64,000 nucleotides of DNA from Eledone cirrhosa (Eukaryota), in contig OZ024742.1 of NCBI GenBank assembly GCA_964016885.1, positions 290,656,001-290,720,000 on the forward strand, in the 5' to 3' direction. Below, one piece after another: positions 48,239 through 61,419 of the stretch. A program made the position numbers and the translations under genes. The stretch's first letter is position 1. Every line of letters starts with the position of its first letter. Under the pieces are notes generated by a model, which ran no database searches, was not told the DNA's origin, and worked only from the letters and a program-made list of their open reading frames with translations.

Positions 48239-48459
48239 CCCTTTAGTATTTCCGTTACTCTGTATTTACTATTGTATTTTCACAGTAAAGGCTTTACCTC
48301 ACATAATTATCTCACATAAAATCGAATCTATGAGATTTTGATTTTATTTATTTTGATAACAATACCTTAACATTGGTATAAGTGGCTAGTTATGGCTGGT
48401 TTAAACAGAAAGGGATGAGTGAATTCTGGCTGGATATGACCAGTTTAAATGCTGAAGGG
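48239..48459. mobile_element. 221-bp piggyBac-type MITE, independent insertion
   Basis: TTAA|CCCTTTAG...GCTGAAGGG|TTAA; internal homology to 35982-36202 with different flanks. Confidence 0.85.
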
Positions 48460-49344
48460 TTAAAGTGTGATTTGTGGGAGATTCTGCAGCTGTTTCTTGG
48501 AGATGAATCAACAAGCATGTGGAATGGCCCTTTGTTGGTTTTGACAATGAGTATTCCAGGTATTTGATCACTAGGCTAGCATGCAGGTGGTTGAGCATTT
48601 CATTGATATGTTTACCTTTAACATAATTCTTGGGAAGATTCAATGTGACACAATATGTAATATGGCTGGCCATCCCATAAGTTTCCAAACAGTTTCTGTC
48701 TACTTAATTTCCCTCGCCTGGCTTGGCCCAAGGCTATGGTAAATGATACTTGCTCAAGATGTCATGCAGTGAGATTTATCCTGAGACCTAATGATTTCAA
48801 ATCAAACTATTTAACCATATGGTCATGCTGTATCAACATGCAACCATATAATGGCTCTGTCATTGGCCTTGTAATATATTTTATTAGCCATTCTTACCAT
48901 ATGATACTGTTTAGAAACTGATAAAATTACCAGTCTTTGTTTGACCATAGAGTCATAACTAACAAGTTTATGGGACAAACACCTGCTGATGACTATGTGT
49001 GAGTCCTATTTGCTTATGTAGTTACTGTGGATGTGCCGTTATATATAACCACATGTACAGTTGGTGTGTATTAAAAACTACTATGGACCAGGTAAACATG
49101 TTTCTTTTTCCCCTGGGTATTTGTTAATGACTCCTGCAGGAGGTTCACGTGTCTATGCTATTTGTTCGTGTTCCTTTCTAATTTGAATAATGAATTGCCA
49201 CTCAAAAACAATGAATTGCCACTCAAAAACAATGAATTTATTTCCTGTACGATTTAGTATTGATATTTGTCTGTCTATCTCTATTGATCTGTCTATCTAT
49301 ATTGATCTGTCTGTCTGTCCACCTATTGGTTGATTAATAGATAG

Positions 49345-51288
49345 ATTTCTTTATTTACCATAAAGGCATAAAAAGAAGGGACAAATACAAAGGGGGAGTT
49401 TACATATAATCGAGTAAAAAGGGTGTAACATGAAAATAATCGAAAATAACCTCAAAAGGGAGGGGACGTGATGGGGGTTGCACACACCCCCGAAAAAGTG
49501 TGCAATCCTTTGCCCGGGGAGCACATGGAGAAGGTGCTCCCCTCTCCTTTACTTCTTTACCTACAGGATGGTATACAGAGAAGGCCCATTTACACGAGCC
49601 ATTCTCGCCACTATCACCCACCTTTCATAAAACTGCCTGTGGCCAAGCACCTCTCTCTCCATTCTTATCCTTCTTCCGAAGTGATATCGGAAGAAGTAGA
49701 CCAGACTATGGCCAGAGAGGAAGTTGCCTGACCTCAGACCTTTCAATCGTGTCCACCAAACAACCTCTTTCAACATGGCTATTACGCACAGAAAAATCGC
49801 CTTTGCTTCCTTTGTGAAGAGGGGAGGCGGTTTGATTGTCATCACGGACCCGGCGGTCAATTTAATCGGCGCCACCCGCGACAGCAGTTGTTCGGCGTAC
49901 CCCCACAGATCAGCCACGCCAGGACATTGCACCAATGCGTGCGCCACGGTTTCTTCGTGACGCACGCATCTAGGGCAAATCTTTTTTGAGGGATCCCTGC
50001 CCGGGCGCCCGTGTCTGTAGAGCCTCTCTCGAACGGGTAGAGCCCCTCGGTAGCACTGCCAGGCCAGTGACTTCTGGAAGTTGTCCATTGGTCCTGGGCC
50101 GAAAGTCCTACCGAACAGGCTGGCCAGTTCGTCTTCTTCCATGTCCAGCGACTCTCCAAGGGTGTCATCGCCCCTGCTAGCCACCAGCCCTCTATAGAAT
50201 GATGAGGTGGATTCTCCACCGATGGCCCGGCCCGCTTGCCAGAGAGCCCTGAGCGCCTGAGCACACTCAGTGTGCCAGTCTCCCAGTTTTCCGGATCTTT
50301 GCTTGACCCAGGACTGTAGCTCGGTGAGTGAGACGAGTCTCGGAAAGGCTCGTTTCACGAACGGAGCCCACACCGGTTGACCAGTGAGGAATACCTGTAG
50401 GTGCCGTAGCCTTAATGCGTGCCTACGCATCATCAACCACGGCATCCCCAGCCCTCCTTTCGAAGGTTGTTGGCAGCAGATGGATCTTCTCACCATAGGA
50501 GGACGCTTCTTCCAAAGAAATTGGAAGAGCATGCGTTCCATGGTGGTGAGTGTTTCCTTAGGGCAAGGCACGACAGTCAGGCGGTAGTAAGTGACGGACG
50601 CTATGTAAATGTTCGCCACCTCCGCCCGGCCTTTTAGGGACAGCTTACACTTGGCCCATTTCTGGGTTAGTGCAAACACCTTGTTCGTAACCTCGTTCCA
50701 GTTCTTTTCCACCTGGAGGTCCGGTCCAAACCAGACCCCAAGCAACTTTACCGGGCCCTCCGTCCAGTGTCCGACGACACCGTCAGGAGGCATCGGTTTG
50801 CCTCTCCACGTTCCGAGTTGCAGCCCGATGGATTTTTCCCGGTTCAGTTTCGCTCCTGACAACCTTTCGTACTCCTCCAGTAAGGTACCGATCGCCTCGA
50901 TCTCCGAGTCGGTTGATACCATTACTGTTACGTCATCGGCGTAGGCCGACACCGCTTTGCTCAATCCTGGTTCCAGGGGGATACCCTGCAACAACTCCAA
51001 CTTCCTCAGTAAGGGCTCGAGAGTCAATACGTACAGAAGGGAGGAGAGAGGGCACCCCTGTCGAATGGATCGTGTGATTTCGAACGGCTTCGAAAGGTAG
51101 CCGTTCACCTTGATCCTAGAACAGATGTGGTTGCTATGTAGGGCAGTGATCCAGCCTCTGAAAACAGGACCGAACCCAGCCGCCGCTAGCACCGCATCCA
51201 GGTAACCATGGTCGACCCTATCAAAGGCCTTAGACTGATCCAAGTTGATCAGGGCCCCACCGAAGCCGGGTTTGTTGCCAACCCTCTC
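49345..51288 (-). mobile_element. Tx1/L1-clade non-LTR retrotransposon, 5'-truncated, open RT-to-end ORF (49561..51243)
   Basis: DQSKAFDRV, RQGCPLS, YADD and a C-terminal CPRC..EETVAHALVQC zinc motif. The 3' end lies in a GATA-type repeat. Confidence 0.93.
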
Positions 51289-52638
51289 TATTTACCACAA
51301 GGGCGCACAAGAAAAGGGGACAATACAAAGACACATGCCGGGGATTTTACATACAGTCGTGTAAAAAAAACAAAAAAACAAACAAACAATTATAACAATC
51401 GAAATCCCCAATAGGGGGGAGACGCCACAAATGGGTTGTTTAATACCCCATCGATAGAACAACCCTCAACTTCAGGAGCATGTTGTGCAAGTGCTCCTTT
51501 CTTTAACCTACAAGCTTATAATGAGAAGGCCCAATCACTCGGGCCATTTTCGCTTCATTCACCCACCTTTCAGTAAATTTACTCAGGTGCAGTGCCTCTC
51601 TCTCCACTCTGATTCTTTTTCTAAAGTGATACTTAAAGAAGGGAATCAAATGTTGTCCAGAGAGAAAGGCATCTGTCCTCAGTCCTCTCAATCTCATCCA
51701 CCATATAACTTCTTTCACCATAGTCACTGTACAGAGGAAAACTGCCTCTCTTTCGTTTTTGAAAGAGGCTGGCGGTTTGATGCTTACTATGGACTTGGCA
51801 GTCAACTGGATTTATCCCATACGCAACAGCAGTTGTTTTGCATAGTTCCACAGGTCGCTTACGCCCGGGCAGTGTACAATTGCGTGCAAGACGGTTTCAA
51901 TGTCCTGCTTGCATCTTGGACACGTCCTCTTGGAAGGATCCCTGCCGAGGTGTCCGTGCCTGTAGATCTTATCTCGAACGGGTAGAGCTCCTCGGTAGCA
52001 CTGCCAGGCCAGGTACCTTTGGAAGTGGTCCATAGGTCCCGGGCGGAAAGTCCTACCGAACAGACTGGTGAGCTCGTCGTCTTCGACGCCTAGAGTCTCC
52101 CCGAGCACATCGTCGCAGTCGTAAAGTACCAACCCTCTATAGAATGTCGAAGTGGAGTCTCCACTGATTGCTGTGCCCGCTTGACAGAGGACTGTGAGCG
52201 CCTGGGCACATTCAATGTGCCAGGCGCCTATCTTCTTCGATCTTCGCTTGACCCAGAACTGCAGCTCCGTCAGCGAGACAAGTTGTGGGAAGGCCTGTCT
52301 CACAAACGGTGCCCACACCGGTTGGTCGGTGAGGTATACCTGGAGATGCCGTAGCTTCAGCGCATGATTAGCCATGGCATTCCCAGCTCTCCGTTGGAAG
52401 GGTGTTGACAGCAGACGGATCTCCTCAGCAGTGGAGCCTGCTTCTTCCACAGGAACTGGAAGAGCATGCGTTCCATCTTGGTGAGGTATTCACGGAGACA
52501 AGGCACGACATTCAAGCGGAAGTAGATGACGGACGCTATGAAAGTGTTCGCCACCTCCGCTCGACCTTTCAAAGACAGTTTGCACACTGCCCACTTCTGG
52601 GTGAGCGCAAATACCTTGGCCATGACCTCATTCCAGTA
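51289..52638 (-). mobile_element. Second related Tx1/L1-clade element, 5'-truncated and degenerate, fused to the first
   Basis: ORFs 52357..52674, 51812..52450 and 51503..51805 parallel the ORF2 C-terminus of the first element. Same 3' terminus motif (TATTTACCA.AA.GGC on +). Abuts (TAGA)n at 52637. Confidence 0.9.
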
Positions 52639-52784
52639 GATAGATAGATAGATGGATAGACAGATAATGTACACACACGCTCACACACAGATAATGAACA
52701 CACTCGCACACACACCCATACATAATATTATTCTGCCATGTCAGTACCAGCCTTGTAAAATATTATTTTTGTGTTTATTTTCAG

Positions 52785-52909
52785 GAGGGACTCCATCAAA
52801 GACAACTGTTCCTGATTCACAACAAAAACATTTGTCTCCTAGCACCAATCTGGTATATTCAAAATATATTGATATCAAAATAATGCTTGATTCAATTTCT
52901 AATGTCTCT
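52785..52909 (+). CDS. Host exon, linker plus macrodomain N-terminus (repeat C)
   Basis: 125 bp, AG/GTGAGT, phase 1->0; 5 substitutions relative to 23242-23366. Confidence 0.82.
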
Positions 52910-53177
52910 GTGAGTAAACAAATTTGTATCAAATATTTAAATTTATTTATTCTATTTCAAATAATAAACTATTTATGTTGACTGAAACAGTAAAATGCAA
53001 CCTCTAAATTTTCTTCATATAACACTGGCAATCTTTTAAACCGTTTTTCTACCAAACCAGCTGAAACTAGCCCTGGTTGTATGATACAAAACTATTGGTT
53101 TTTCAAGCAATTATATTTATCTAAAAACCTTCCACCATATTTTATGCATAAACCTTAATTAAGAAACACCAGTTTAA

Positions 53178-55028
53178 CCCTTTAGCATTCATATATATAA
53201 ATATAAATATTCTTTACAATATTGTCAGACAATCTTCCTATCATGATATTGGCCAATACAGCCTTTACATAATGGCACTTTGCAAAATCAATATTTCTTT
53301 GTTCACCTCAGATAATTTTGACTTTCTCCCAGCTTTGTGTTTGCGAGAATTACATCCTCCACGCAGCTGAGATGCGACATCCACACAAAATTTCATGTGG
53401 CAGTAGTCCTTTGGTGGTGGCGGATCCTTGTGGCTTTTAGTGAATACAATAAAAGAATTCACAATGGTTAAATTCACTAAAAACCACAAGATATATCTCC
53501 ACCATTTCTTCCCAGGGCGTCCAACTGGGTAATATGTGCAATATTGATCGGATTTGTCAACCCCGCCCATACATTTATTATAGGAGCGGTTGACTAAAGG
53601 TTTACTTTCAGCCCCAACTCCTGGTTGTTGGTTAGAAGCAAAATTTGCCGTTTGTCTTTGTACAATGTGGCTAACATGTTCCCTTTTTGCACTTGGAGAG
53701 TGTGCCCTCTCTTTTTAAATTTTGTGATTTTTATTTCTTGGGGTAGCCCTTTGCGATTCCCCATTATTGTACCGCAGGTGTACGTATTTACGAGGGAAGA
53801 ACCTCTGCTAGAAGCACTAAAGAAAAAAAACGGTCAAAATATATGTCTGTGTTGAGAGTGGAATGGTTCAGTCAGAGACCACACAACATCGTACCCCAAT
53901 CTATTTTTTCTCTCTCCGTTGTGTTTCTTTCCTGTGTAAACATCAAAGTTTGCACAGTAGCCTGTGTCCGATTCACAGAGTTTCCACACCTTGATGCCCC
54001 ATTTGGTGGGTTTAGTTGGCATATATTGTCTGAAATGTACTCTACCCTTATACCCAATCATAGCTTCACCAACACTAAGATTTTTCCCAGGTATATATAC
54101 TGTTTTAAATTTTTCACATAGTATTTTAATTAATGGTTGAACTTTATAAAGAGGGTCATAATTCAATTCATTTCTATCGGGGACATTTGAAGTATCAACC
54201 AGATGCAAATACTGGTTTAATTTTAAATACCTTGTTTTTGCCATAATACTTGATATATAAGGGTCACTAAACCTTATATCAGTGCTCCAGTAATTCTATA
54301 GTCTTGGAAATTGTTTTATACCAAACATAATATTTATGGTAAAAAACGCTTGCATCTCCGCAGCATCTGTCAGTCGCCATAACAGATCGGGTTTTCTTCG
54401 ATTTGAAATTTGTTGTTGGGCATATCAATTAGTTTCTTTTGCCACAACTTTGAAGAAAGTTTGTGGCAAAAACAAAAAGAAATAATCCAGTGCTTTAGCA
54501 TCAGGAGGTAATGTGTGTTGTGGACCAGTATTTTCAATAAAATCGGGAACATGTATAGGTGTGGTATTTGTCGACCACGTTGCTGTAATATCTTCAATGA
54601 CATCCTGGAGATCTCCTTTGTTTTCACTTTCAAAACAACAATCATCGTCGGATGAAATTTCAGAAATGTAAACATCTGATTGATTTGAGGATAAATCACT
54701 AATATTATCTTTTGTTTCATCGTGTGTAAAACCTTCAAAGTCGGTATCGCTACTTTCACAAGCCATGTTGATACACACAAAAAAATCTGTTCTACTTTCA
54801 ACGTTAAAAAAACACGTGTTGTTTCAAGTTGTTTCACTATGTTAAGTGTTAATTTTTGCAATAAGGGTCTAATCTCGCAGTAATCTCGAATTGATGAGAT
54901 TTTGATGACGTATTGTTTATTTTTAGAACAATATTTTAGTGTGAGTGTTATTGGCCATTTTGGGCCGGATTGAACTAATGAAGAGGAAATAATTGCGGCC
55001 GGTTTGGGCTGGTTTGAACACTAAAGGG
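53178..55028 (-). mobile_element. piggyBac-family transposon (1851 bp) with both ends; transposase pseudogene
   Basis: TTAA TSDs at 53174-53177 and 55029-55032. 14-bp imperfect TIR CCCTTTAG(CA/TG)TTCA. Motifs QYMPTKPTKWGIKVW and MGGVDKSDQ. Empty site TTAA at 23631-23634. Confidence 0.96.
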
Positions 55029-55721
55029 TTAATAATCTCTTCTTTTTACTCCTTTTGTCCTTAATATCTGCTTTGTGTGTATTGTGGAAGGAGATAACAG
55101 TGAATGATATGTTTCTAGGTCATGTGATTATAATCTATATCAGACTATTGGTGATGGTCAATGTGACATTCTTGAAGGGATTTCTTCATAGAATCCTTGT
55201 ATCTTTCTTAATGTAATTACATTAATGACACCAGTCTTCCAATACTCTATATATGAGTCTAATAATACTAACATAATTATTACCTCCTCTTACTCCTTCT
55301 CATTATCATCATCATTTAGCATCTATTTTCCCTGCTTAGGTTGGACGGGTTGTCACAGACTAAGTATGTACTTAATTGATGCCATTAACCTTTCAGACAA
55401 GCTGGGAAACTAAATCTTGCTTACATACATTCCCGCATTGGGTGTCTTATTTTGGGACAGCAATAAAGAGGTTGCATGTCTTTGACATGACTAATAAATC
55501 CTCTTGACCCTTTGTTTAGTAATTTCTTTTTTTCAGCTTGATACCCTTTCTTTCACCAACCCGTTCACAGAATATACCGTATGCATTTTATCAAGCCACT
55601 AATACTACAGAGATTGATCTGTCATTGACACAACTGACGAGTCCTTTTGACACATAACAACAATATGTAATTATTTTCAGTGTCCAAATTTCTTAGCTGT
55701 TACCCTAATTTACTCTTGTAG

Positions 55722-55949
55722 GTTGATGTTATTGTTAACAGCACCAATAAAGAACTCAATCTTAATTCTGGTGGTATCTCCAAATTTATTTTGCAAACTG
55801 CTGGTCCACAGATACAAGAAGAGTGCAATGCAAATTATCCTCAAGGTATTTCTACATCTACAATAGCCGTCACAAAGGGCTATAACCTGAAATGTGAATA
55901 TGTATTTCATGTTTGTTTACCTAGATGGGATAAAGATAAAGCTGATGAA
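55722..55949 (+). CDS. Host exon, macrodomain middle part (repeat C)
   Basis: 228 bp, AG/GTAAGT; HVCL versus HVYL in A/B. Confidence 0.88.
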
Positions 55950-56136
55950 GTAAGTATCAATTAAATACCATATCATCACCATCATCAACGTCTCCACCAC
56001 CACTACCACCCCCACCACCAACACCATTGTCATTATTGCCATCATTATTTTCCATTCACTTTCTATGTTGACATAAGTTGGACAGATTGTCAGGGTTTGA
56101 GCTTTAAGAATCTCTTCAACAAACCTAACACTAGAT

Positions 56137-56319
56137 GACTGGTTATCAAAGTGGGTTCTGCCGAACTCAAGGGTTCCGCAAAGGTTTGTCTGGGATTCCA
56201 TGAAAAAGGTAGAGGAGTATATTTGTATTACAATCATAGAACAGTATTAGACTTTGGGGTTCCCCGAATGTTTCTGCACCTAAAAGTGTTCCGTGTTTGA
56301 AAAGGTTTGGAAAAGCCTG
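56137..56319. mobile_element. hAT/Charlie-like MITE (paralog of 7592-7762)
   Basis: TSD CACTAGAT on both sides. Confidence 0.7.
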
Positions 56320-57479
56320 CACTAGATGAAGAAATTCATTAAATTTAGAGGATTAATGAATGACAGATATTTGAATAGATTGGTAGACCAAGCCATATAT
56401 GAATATAGACCTGAATACAATGGAACACAAACTTCAGGCACCATAGCTATTAAAAATACACAAACTGGACATAAAGTATACTACTCTCGGATCACAAATG
56501 ACAGGGAATATGCCGGGAAGGTCAGTAACTTTTCTAGGTTGTCTCCATCGATTTTTTAGAAAACCAGAATTAGTTGTTTAGTTTACATATTGAGACACCA
56601 AACCATCGTATTCATTCTATAATGTATGGGATTTCTAGTAATGAAATTTTTCTTGTCATGTATAATGTATTTTAATGTCTAAAGAAAATTAATTGTCACA
56701 GGAATGCTACTTAAAATAAAATTTCACCAGGGATAGAGTAGGAAAATTTGATAAGCAGGGGATTGGAAAAAAACTGAAAAATTAATAAGTGGTGGGGGAT
56801 GATTATTTGAGACACCTGAGAATATATGAATTAAATGTATACAAACTACAACACAGATGAAGACGTAATCATAAATTTGCATCACACCAAACCATAAATT
56901 AACAGTTACAATGTACTAAAATGAATAAACTCCTTATTAACAGTATACAAACCTAGAAATGAATAACGCAATTTATTCATTTGGTTACAAAAATGAAAGT
57001 TATAAACTTCATGAAAGCAACTGTTACATTGGCCATTAATGTATAACACACACATGAATGCTCACCATGCATTTACAAGAAGGAGAAATAGCAGCACACT
57101 ACACCACACACCATAAAATAAAGCTGGATAGGAGAACATTAATGAGAATACATCTGTATTATAGAGGATTCTAAACAAAAAAAAAACATTTAATCATGGA
57201 AGAGATCAATATACATCATCAACATCATTGTCGTCATTTAAAGTCTATTTTCTCAGTCAAATGCTAATGAGACAAACAACATACACATGTCATAAACATG
57301 AGACTTATCAGGTAGAAGTCTAATGGTCATATTTTAAGATTCATGTTCTGGTAAGAAAGCCATAGAATGCTGGAAAAGTAGGAACTGCATAAAATTTCAT
57401 AAAGTATATTTGCCTACTTAAAAGAGGCAGTAAAAGTAAACCAGCAACATTCCTCATAATGAGACTGTATATAATCATC

Positions 57480-58800
57480 ATCATCACTTTACATCTACTT
57501 TTCCATGCTGGGTCAGATGGGTCCTTTTCAGCACAGCCACTTTCTACTTGCTGCAATCTTTTATTGTCTCTACTATGAGTTTCAGTGATTTGAGATCAGC
57601 TCTTATGACTTCTGCTCAGGTCTTCCTTGGTTTACCTCCACTGTGGCTTCCTTCCACTGGGATTTCTTGGCACTTCTTCACCTAGCAATCATCATCTATT
57701 CACATCACATGTCTATACAAGCTCAGTCTTCTCTTCTGACTATAAATGTTTCCTCTTATACTTAGTTTCTATCTCAGTTCATACATGCTTAGTTTCTCAT
57801 GCATATTAATATTGCACGTCCATGAAAGCATGATTACTTCATTTCTCTCCAGCCTTCACATACCCTCTGCAGTAACTGCTCAAGTTTCACTACCAGGCAA
57901 GATTTTCAGATAGCATACAGGCATCATACACCTGACCTTTCATTCCTAGAGAGAAACAACTTCTTGTCAACAGGGGTAGTAACTCTCTAAACTTCTTCCA
58001 TCCTGTTCTTATTCTAGTTACTATGCTCCTTGAACACCCACCTCCTCTGCTAATTTTGTCACCTAGATAGCAGTAGCTATTAACCACCTCTACATATCCT
58101 ACATAAAATTGAAAAAGGTGTATATCTTTGACACTCTTACTATCAATTTTCCCTGAACATCTATTACATACAAAGTCTTTTTTCTTGTTAGTCTGCCTGT
58201 TACCCTGCTACACTTTTTATGTACCAAAGATTTACATTGTGTTCATAGTATAGAATTTCTACCTACTCATTTTCTACATATCAAGCATGGCTATTTTCCC
58301 TGTGGGATCAGAGCCTTGTCTTATTTTCTACTTATTAACACTTTGGTTCTTGCTACGTTTACTCACAGCTCTTTTGTTTCTAAGTTCTGTTTCCACAGAC
58401 TAAAATTGTCCTATAGTTCTTTTGTGGATTCAGCTATAAGAACCAGATCATTGGTATACAGAAATTCCCATGGGCAATCCATTTTAAACTCCTTTGTTAT
58501 GGCCTGAAGGACAGAAGTTGGCTGAGATCTGAGTTCTGATGTACTCCTACCTGTACTTTAAATTCCTTGCTAAACTTACTTCCTACTCGCACTTTACTAA
58601 CAGCTCCTCTGTACATCACTTGCAATGCTCTCACAAGCCATTCTTCTACACCTAGTTTCCTTAAGCGCCACCAGATGATAAATTGTGGTATTCTGGCAAA
58701 AGCTTTCTTCAGCTCAACAAAAGCTAGATGTAGAGGCTTACTCTTAGCTAAGAACTTCTCTTGTAGTTGTCTCATCTGTAGTACTCCTCCCTGGCACACA
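57480..58800 (-). mobile_element. Degenerate RTE RT fragment (paralog of 25640-26745, retains its 3' end)
   Basis: Near identity to segment B, plus ~470 bp (57220-57690) missing from B. Confidence 0.85.
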
Positions 58801-58803
58801 ACA

Positions 58804-59799
58804 TTGTTGGTTACTGCCTTGTTGGGACTTGCTGTACTGTTGGTTACTGCCTTGTTGGGACTTGCTGTACTGTTGGTTACTGCCTTGTTGGGACTTGCTG
58901 TACTGTTGGTTACTGCCTTGTTGGAACTTGCTGTACTGTTGGTTACTGCCTTGTTGGGACTTGCTGTACTGTTGGTTACTGCCTTGTTGGAACTTGCTGT
59001 ACTGTTGGTTACTGCCTTGTTGGAACTTGCTGTACTGTTGGTTACTGCCTTGTTGGGACTTGCTGTACTGTTGGTTACTGCCTTGTTGGAACTTGCTGTA
59101 CTGTTGGTTACTGCCTTGTTGGGACTTGCTGTACTGTTGGTTACTGCCTTGTTGGGACTTGCTGTACTGTTGGTTACTGCCTTGTTGGAACTTGTTGTAC
59201 TGTTGGTTACTGCCTTGTTGGGACTTGCTGTACTGTTGGTTACTGCCTTGTTGGGAGTTGCTGTACTGTTGGTTACTGCCTTGTTGGGACTTGCTGTACT
59301 GTTGGTTACTGCCTTGTTGGGACTTGCTGTACTGTTGGTTACTGCCTTGTTGGGACTTGCTGTACTGTTGGTTACTGCCTTGTTGGGACTTGCTGTACTG
59401 TTGGTTACTGCCTTGTTGGAACTTGCTGTACTGTTGGTTACTGCCTTGTTGGGACTTGCTGTACTGTTGGTTACTGCCTTGTTGGGACTTGCTGTACTGT
59501 TGGTTACTGCCTTGTTGGGACTTGCTGTACTGTTGGTTACTGCCTTGTTGGGACTTGCTGTACTGTTGGTTACTGCCTTGTTGGAACTTGCTGTACTGTT
59601 GGTTACTGCCTTGTTGGGACTTGCTGTACTGTTGGTTACTGCCTTGTTGGGACTTGCTGTACTGTTGGTTACTGCCTTGTTGGAACTTGCTGTACTGTTG
59701 GTTACTGCCTTGTTGGAACTTGCTGTACTGTTGGTTACTGCCTTGTTGGGACTTGCTGTACTGTTGGTTACTGCCTTGTTGGTTACTACCTTGTTGGGA
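58804..59799. repeat. 30-bp minisatellite, ~33 units (paralog of 26748-28133)
   Basis: Same unit and flanks, different copy number and variant order. Confidence 0.97.
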
Positions 59800-60560
59800 G
59801 TGACTTCCAAAAAACATGTCATAGTAAGATGTTAATTGCCAATTAACTCTAAAGGCCTTGTACTGCATGAAACTACGTTGGACAATTTTGAAATGTACAA
59901 AACAGCACTACGAGTGCAGAAAATAAAAAAAAGTATTTTACTACAATACTGCGAATGTTCATAATTATCATCATTATCATCATTGTTTAACGTCCATCTT
60001 CTATACTAGCATGGGTAGGACGGGCTGTCCCTTTGTGAGAGATCAGGTTGGAGGACTGTGATTTGCTGACACAGAACTGATTTTGACTTCATTTCTACGG
60101 TTGGATACCCTTCCTAATGCCAACCACATTTACAGTGTGTGCTGGGTGCTTTTTGTTGTGACATCTATACGACCTCTTTATAGTGAGGACAGTGCTTTTG
60201 TCGTGACACCTACATGACCACTATATAGCTCTTTCACAATGTATCCAGCAATAAAGATACTATATGTATGTGAATTAACAAACTTGCTTTTAGATATTTT
60301 CTGCTAAATCATTACAGGATGGCAAGAGTTAACATAACATCCTGTACCACATGAAAGCACATTAGCAAGACACTCTTGAAAAGCACAAATCTGTGCTATG
60401 ACCACATCACATTAAAAATTTAAATCTTCACTCTTTGTCACAGCAATCTGTTCACTAGTAAAGATACTATAAACAATTGAATTAACAAATTTATTTTTAG
60501 ATATTTTCTGCTAAATAATTTCAGGATGTTAAAAGTTAATGAACCATAATTTGATTTTAG

Positions 60561-60788
60561 ATTTTGATGAGCTTAAACAATATAATACTCACTTGTCTAC
60601 AAACTGCTGAGGAAAGGGGAGCCAAAAGCATTGCATTCCCTATATTAGGGGCAGGAATCTTGAAATACCCTCTTGGTGAACTACCTTCAACCATGTATAA
60701 TGCCGTGAAAACATACTCACATAGTAATACAAGGCAGATTGATGTTGTCAACTTTGTTATTTTACCTACAGATTCAAACTTAATAGAG
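60561..60788 (+). CDS. Host exon, macrodomain C-terminal part (repeat C)
   Basis: 228 bp, AG/GTTGGT; MYNAV versus MYDAV in B. Confidence 0.88.
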
Positions 60789-61419
60789 GTTGGTTGATTT
60801 ATCTTGTTTTTATTGTATTTTTGATTCTCTTGATATTCTTAATTCTTTTTCTTTTTATAATATGTTGTAACCATAGTTACTATTATTAGATTGCAGTCAT
60901 GGTTATAGAAATTAGACTATGCCCATGGTTACAGTTATTAAATTGTAGCCATGGTTAGTTATTCAACTAGTTATGTTTACAGTTTTTGAATTGGCCATTG
61001 TTACAATCATTAGACTGCTGCCATGCTTGGGCACCACTTTAAACAGATTTAGTACTTATCTATGTTGCTCAAGGGTTGGATGAATCAGTACGGTCTAAAA
61101 CTAGACCACATTTTGACTAATAAATTCCATGGCTAGATACACTTCTTAATGTCACCCACCTTATAGAGTGTATTGGATGCATTTTATTATGGCACCATCA
61201 TTTTATATATTTACATATATTTCTTGGTAGAGGTATTCTGATTGAGAATGGCTCACACGTGGCAGATAGTGATATGACCACTAGATATGATGGTTAGTTG
61301 AGGCATAAGTGGGTTTCTGTTGAATGAATAAGCAACACCGGATCAAACAGTATTAAGCTACTAGGGAGATGGAATAAAGGGTAACACTGTTAGCTTTCAA
61401 ATAAACTTTTTACAAGTTA

